A DNA stretch of 62,636 nucleotides, counting the filler, from Rhabdomonas costata (lineage: Eukaryota), in NCBI GenBank assembly GCA_019059605.1. It is 18 parts of 18 records of this genome, joined end to end, with 100 filler letters (N's around TTAATTAATTAA, not from the genome) between each part and the next. Parts side by side here need not be neighbours in the genome. Positions count along the whole stretch, not along the records: positions 59,260 to 62,636 come from JAHMHO010000927.1; 17 more parts are not named here. The stretch is one strand, 5' to 3'. This document shows positions 59,520 through 62,636 of this stretch, one piece after another (position 1 is the stretch's first letter; each line of letters starts with the position of its first letter). Both the position numbers and the translations under genes were made by a program. The notes beneath the pieces are model-generated. The model saw only the letters and a program-made list of their open reading frames with translations. It had not been told where the DNA came from and ran no database searches.

Positions 59520-61051
59520 AGGGCCTTTGCAGTATCTTGAGGCTTGGAGTGGTTCCGAGCTGCAGCTACGACCCTGTCAGCCACCACCTGGCTGCGGCCC
59601 TGCCGTGGACCCCAGGTGTCCCCCTCAGCGGAAACGCCGTTGAGGTGCACAGCCTTGCCCACTCCTCCGATGGCACGGTTTCTCTGCACACCGACGGGGA
59701 GCTTCCGGGCTCCGCCCTGGAACTGGGGGACCCCTCTTCGCCTGGGGAGGTTGTCGTCATCGATGACGGGCCTGCCCTCTCGCCCACTGCTGTGCGAGGC
59801 GTTGAAGGCTATTCAGCCGCTTCCAAGCCGGAAACACATGCAGGGGTATTGAGTGGAATCCCCACCGAGTCCCCACCGAGTGGGCCACCGGGGGTGCGTC
59901 TTCCCAAGGCAGATCCGAGCCCGTCAACGCTTTGGCGGGATCTGACCGAGGATCCCGTGGTTTGCGCGTTCAGCGTATTGGGCGATATGGATGCCGCGGT
60001 TTTGGTCGGTGATGGACAGCACTGGGCCGCGGTGTGAATCTCTTCACGTATCCCGATCGTGGTTAGGCTCACGACTTCCATGGCCACGTAAACTTCTATG
60101 ATGGTCAGCCACAGTGTGACTTCCCAGTTGGGGTAGCAGGTGAGCTGGGCCAAACTAATGGAGACTAATGGAGGACAAACGCTTTCTAGCACATCCCTTT
60201 TTGTGCCGCGATGCGGCTGGAAAGAAAGAGAATGCGAACTTTTAGTTTCAAGTTTTTACAGGGTTTGGCGCTGGGCATTATGCGGACCCCCCCATTTACG
60301 GTGACCTCACAGGGTGACATTCCGTTATCTGGTCTTGCCCATAGCTTGCCGCAGCTGAGCGGAATGGTGGCAGTGAAACCGCTTTAAAATTCCAACACGT
60401 TTCGCATCTTATCTGCGAAAGACGCGTATTAGGAGCTTGTCACTTTTTTCTGTACTCGGCATTGGGGTGTACGTTTTACGATTTCTGAATGCATTTGTGG
60501 CAGCAAATTTTTTCCCCAACGTTGTGGCAAGAAGGCCACTTACAAAGCTTGAGGGGGGTAGGTTAGAGAAGACTCCCCGGCAGTGCCAAGGGTCAGCTTT
60601 TTTTTTTGCAATGCGCAAGAAATGAGCAGGAGAGTCTTGTGTGGAGGTTATGGGGAGGCGGAAGCTATCTCTGGGTGGGAACCTTTTGATACCCTGCTCA
60701 TGATAATGACCGCCGTAACTTGCTTTGCACCCAAAGCTTGTGACGGCTTGTATGCTGACTGCTTTTATGAATTTTGTGTGAATAGGGTTGGGTAGATTTT
60801 GTGGGGGTTGCATGCGTTGATGAAGGTCCCAGATCACCGGCCCATGCTGGCGCTGGCCCAGGCCCACCGGGCGGTGGTTCACGACTGGGAAGCCTCTCGG
60901 ACGCAACGGCTGGGGCTTCCTCTCTCGTGGCAGGGCATGCATTGCGCTGTGACTCACATTGAGCCCTGCAGGCATCCGCTGCAGCCCTCTCACGAGAACT
61001 CCGCAGCGTCCCTTGCCCTGGCCACGACGGCTGGGGTTGCTGTTTACTCCT
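59520..61051 (+). CDS. Hypothetical protein exons (possibly beta-propeller-like)
   Basis: Open GC-rich segments at about 59520-60030 and 60826-61051 with donor-like ends. The family is not recognised and the boundaries are approximate. Confidence 0.3.
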
Positions 61052-61962
61052 GTAAGTGCAGAAATGCGTAAGACCCTTTCTCGTTTATCCCTTGTTTGCT
61101 TGCTTTATGGTTGTTTGCACTTGCTTGCATTGCTTGCATTGTGAGCTCCTTGCCACGTTCTTCTGTAATTGGGAAATCTGAGACACGTTTATCTGCATCG
61201 CGCGGAAAATAGGGTATCTGGATGCTGAAATTGGGGGTCACTCCAGAGGTTGGGCTCAGCCGAGTACTTTTGGTGATCAATTCGGTTGCAAGTAAATTAG
61301 AGTAGCCAGAAAAGCAGCTGAGACCAATGCAAGCGTAACTACATGGTCTGCAAAAAACAAAAGGCCCGGAATTTTGACTGGGAACTGTTCTCACTCTTCA
61401 AAATCCGAACACCCGAGTGCTGTGCATTTTCAGCTGGAATATCAGCCAAGGAGAATGCCTGGGTATGGCACGTGTCGAAATAAGGAAAAGGTGTGTGGGC
61501 GGGGTGTTTACAGCCGTAAAACAATTAGCTGAAGTATGATTGGGCCAGAATGTGTTTCTTTTGCCCCAGATGCAAACTGACGTGCTGAAGGAACGGAAGG
61601 CGAGATGGACAAACTGGAAACTGGAACTTGGAAGTGTGCAAGGTGCCCTCAGCAAGTTTATGTATCCCACTCGAAACTGTGGCGAGTGAGGGAACCAGGA
61701 CGCCTAGAAAACACTGCAGCCTATTTGCCCCGTACACCTCGGGCCGTCTTGCCCACTCATCTTTTCGAAACGCATTGAAGGGTTTCGAAGTCATCCTGGT
61801 CTGGTGATCAATGTGTTTTCTCCTTCCCCGTTTACCGCAGCTTACCGTGGAATCAATCTTTCCTGCCTTTTTGTGCTTTATATCCCCCCCTCTTTCTCTT
61901 CTGCGCTGTTCCTGTGTTTTTTTTAACCACTTTTGTCTTGAGCCTCATTTTCACGTTTTGTG

Positions 61963-62636
61963 ATGCGCCGCACCTTTCCCCTGTGGATATGCTTTGTCCT
62001 GGCCGTGGTTGTCTTCACGGGTGCCTTCGCGGGCAGCCTGTGGACGACCCTGAACCAGGCCGCGGTGTCCTCGGTGGACGAGATCTCCGCCGTTTTCCAA
62101 GCTGCCGTATTGCAAGGCCTAGAGCACCGCCTGCTGGGTGTTCTGGAGGACATGGTCGTCATGCTAAACAGTTGGGTTTCCTTTCCTGGGGTGGAGGGCA
62201 GCTCAAAGCAGGACCTCTTCACGTACACTACTCGCCTCTTGGCCAAAACGCCTGCGATGCTGGGGCTGTACAAGGCCACTCCCGATGGGGAAATTATCGG
62301 AGCAGGTCGCCAATCTGAAAACATTGCAGTCGGCTATCGGCCTCCGTCCGCCATGGGCACGGTGAAGAACTTGACGTACTGGAATTATAATGGCACTGTC
62401 GGCGACGTGTACCTCACTACGCCATATGAATCCCGTGTGCAGCCAGTTTACCGCTATGCCATTGCTGCACAGGGCCCAGTGTTTAGTTACACACTTCAGA
62501 GTGCTATTTCCGGCCCGAAGAACATCTACGTGTCCTCCGCTCTCAACAACTCAAACCATACCCTGGGTGGAGTGTTTGCAATATATTTCCCTTTCTCCGC
62601 ACTCGCCGACTTACTCACTTCAGCGCACCGTGAGCT
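61963..62636 (+). CDS. Membrane receptor with an N-terminal transmembrane helix and a Cache (dCache_1-like) extracellular sensor domain, 3' partial
   Basis: Uninterrupted frame from ATG 61963 to the window end, absent from the ORF track because it has no stop. It reads MRRTFPLWICFVLAVVVFTGAFAGSLW...GLYKATPDGEIIG...PYESRVQPVYRYAIAAQGPVFS...IYVSSALNNSNHTLGGVFAIYFPFSALADLL, resembling YDPRxRPWYxxA...GVxxxDxxLxxL. Confidence 0.65.
   Translation, partial: MRRTFPLWICFVLAVVVFTGAFAGSLWTTLNQAAVSSVDEISAVFQAAVLQGLEHRLLGVLEDMVVMLNSWVSFPGVEGSSKQDLFTYTTRLLAKTPAMLGLYKATPDGEIIGAGRQSENIAVGYRPPSAMGTVKNLTYWNYNGTVGDVYLTTPYESRVQPVYRYAIAAQGPVFSYTLQSAISGPKNIYVSSALNNSNHTLGGVFAIYFPFSALADLLTSAHRE

Noticed and set aside
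60440-60780. Non-LTR reverse transcriptase relic (FLNAF, QGS and LYAD fragments)
   Set aside because: The motifs are short, in different frames and too degenerate to call without a profile search.

Overview
This window is not contiguous DNA. It is 18 unrelated eukaryotic contigs of about 3.4 kb, joined by 17 artificial 100-nt spacers (N44-TTAATTAATTAA-N44). Many contig ends carry about 10 nt of G/T-only (5') or A/C-only (3') sequence, and two contigs end in fold-back hairpins, which suggests a whole-genome-amplified (single-cell) assembly. The organism is an intron-rich protist, tentatively a euglenozoan; this is an inference from protein motifs recalled from memory and from possible trans-splice acceptors. 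I spliced the genes by hand because the ORF track mostly shows exon fragments and antisense shadows. Recognisable, mostly partial genes are: a GT61-like glycosyltransferase, SCO1, a SnoaL-like protein, an FkbM methyltransferase, fibrillarin, a bacterial IcmF-type B12-dependent acyl-CoA mutase with 7 introns, a Fam20/Four-jointed-like kinase, an ankyrin plus NSF-like AAA ATPase, a class III cyclase C-terminus, SF3B2, a GH18 chitinase with Cys-rich repeats and CBM14, Arp3, and a membrane protein with a Cache-like sensor. Decayed mobile elements include Merlin/ISXO2-like, Ty3/Gypsy, CRE-like and tyrosine-recombinase relics, plus a MITE flanked by a roughly 220-bp duplication. The best leads are the intron-containing eukaryotic IcmF, the mosaic chitinase, and non-standard splicing (frequent GC donors, one apparent GA-AG intron, G-rich acceptors). 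No CRISPR array, rRNA or tRNA was seen. No multi-gene system can be claimed because neighbouring contigs are not physically linked.
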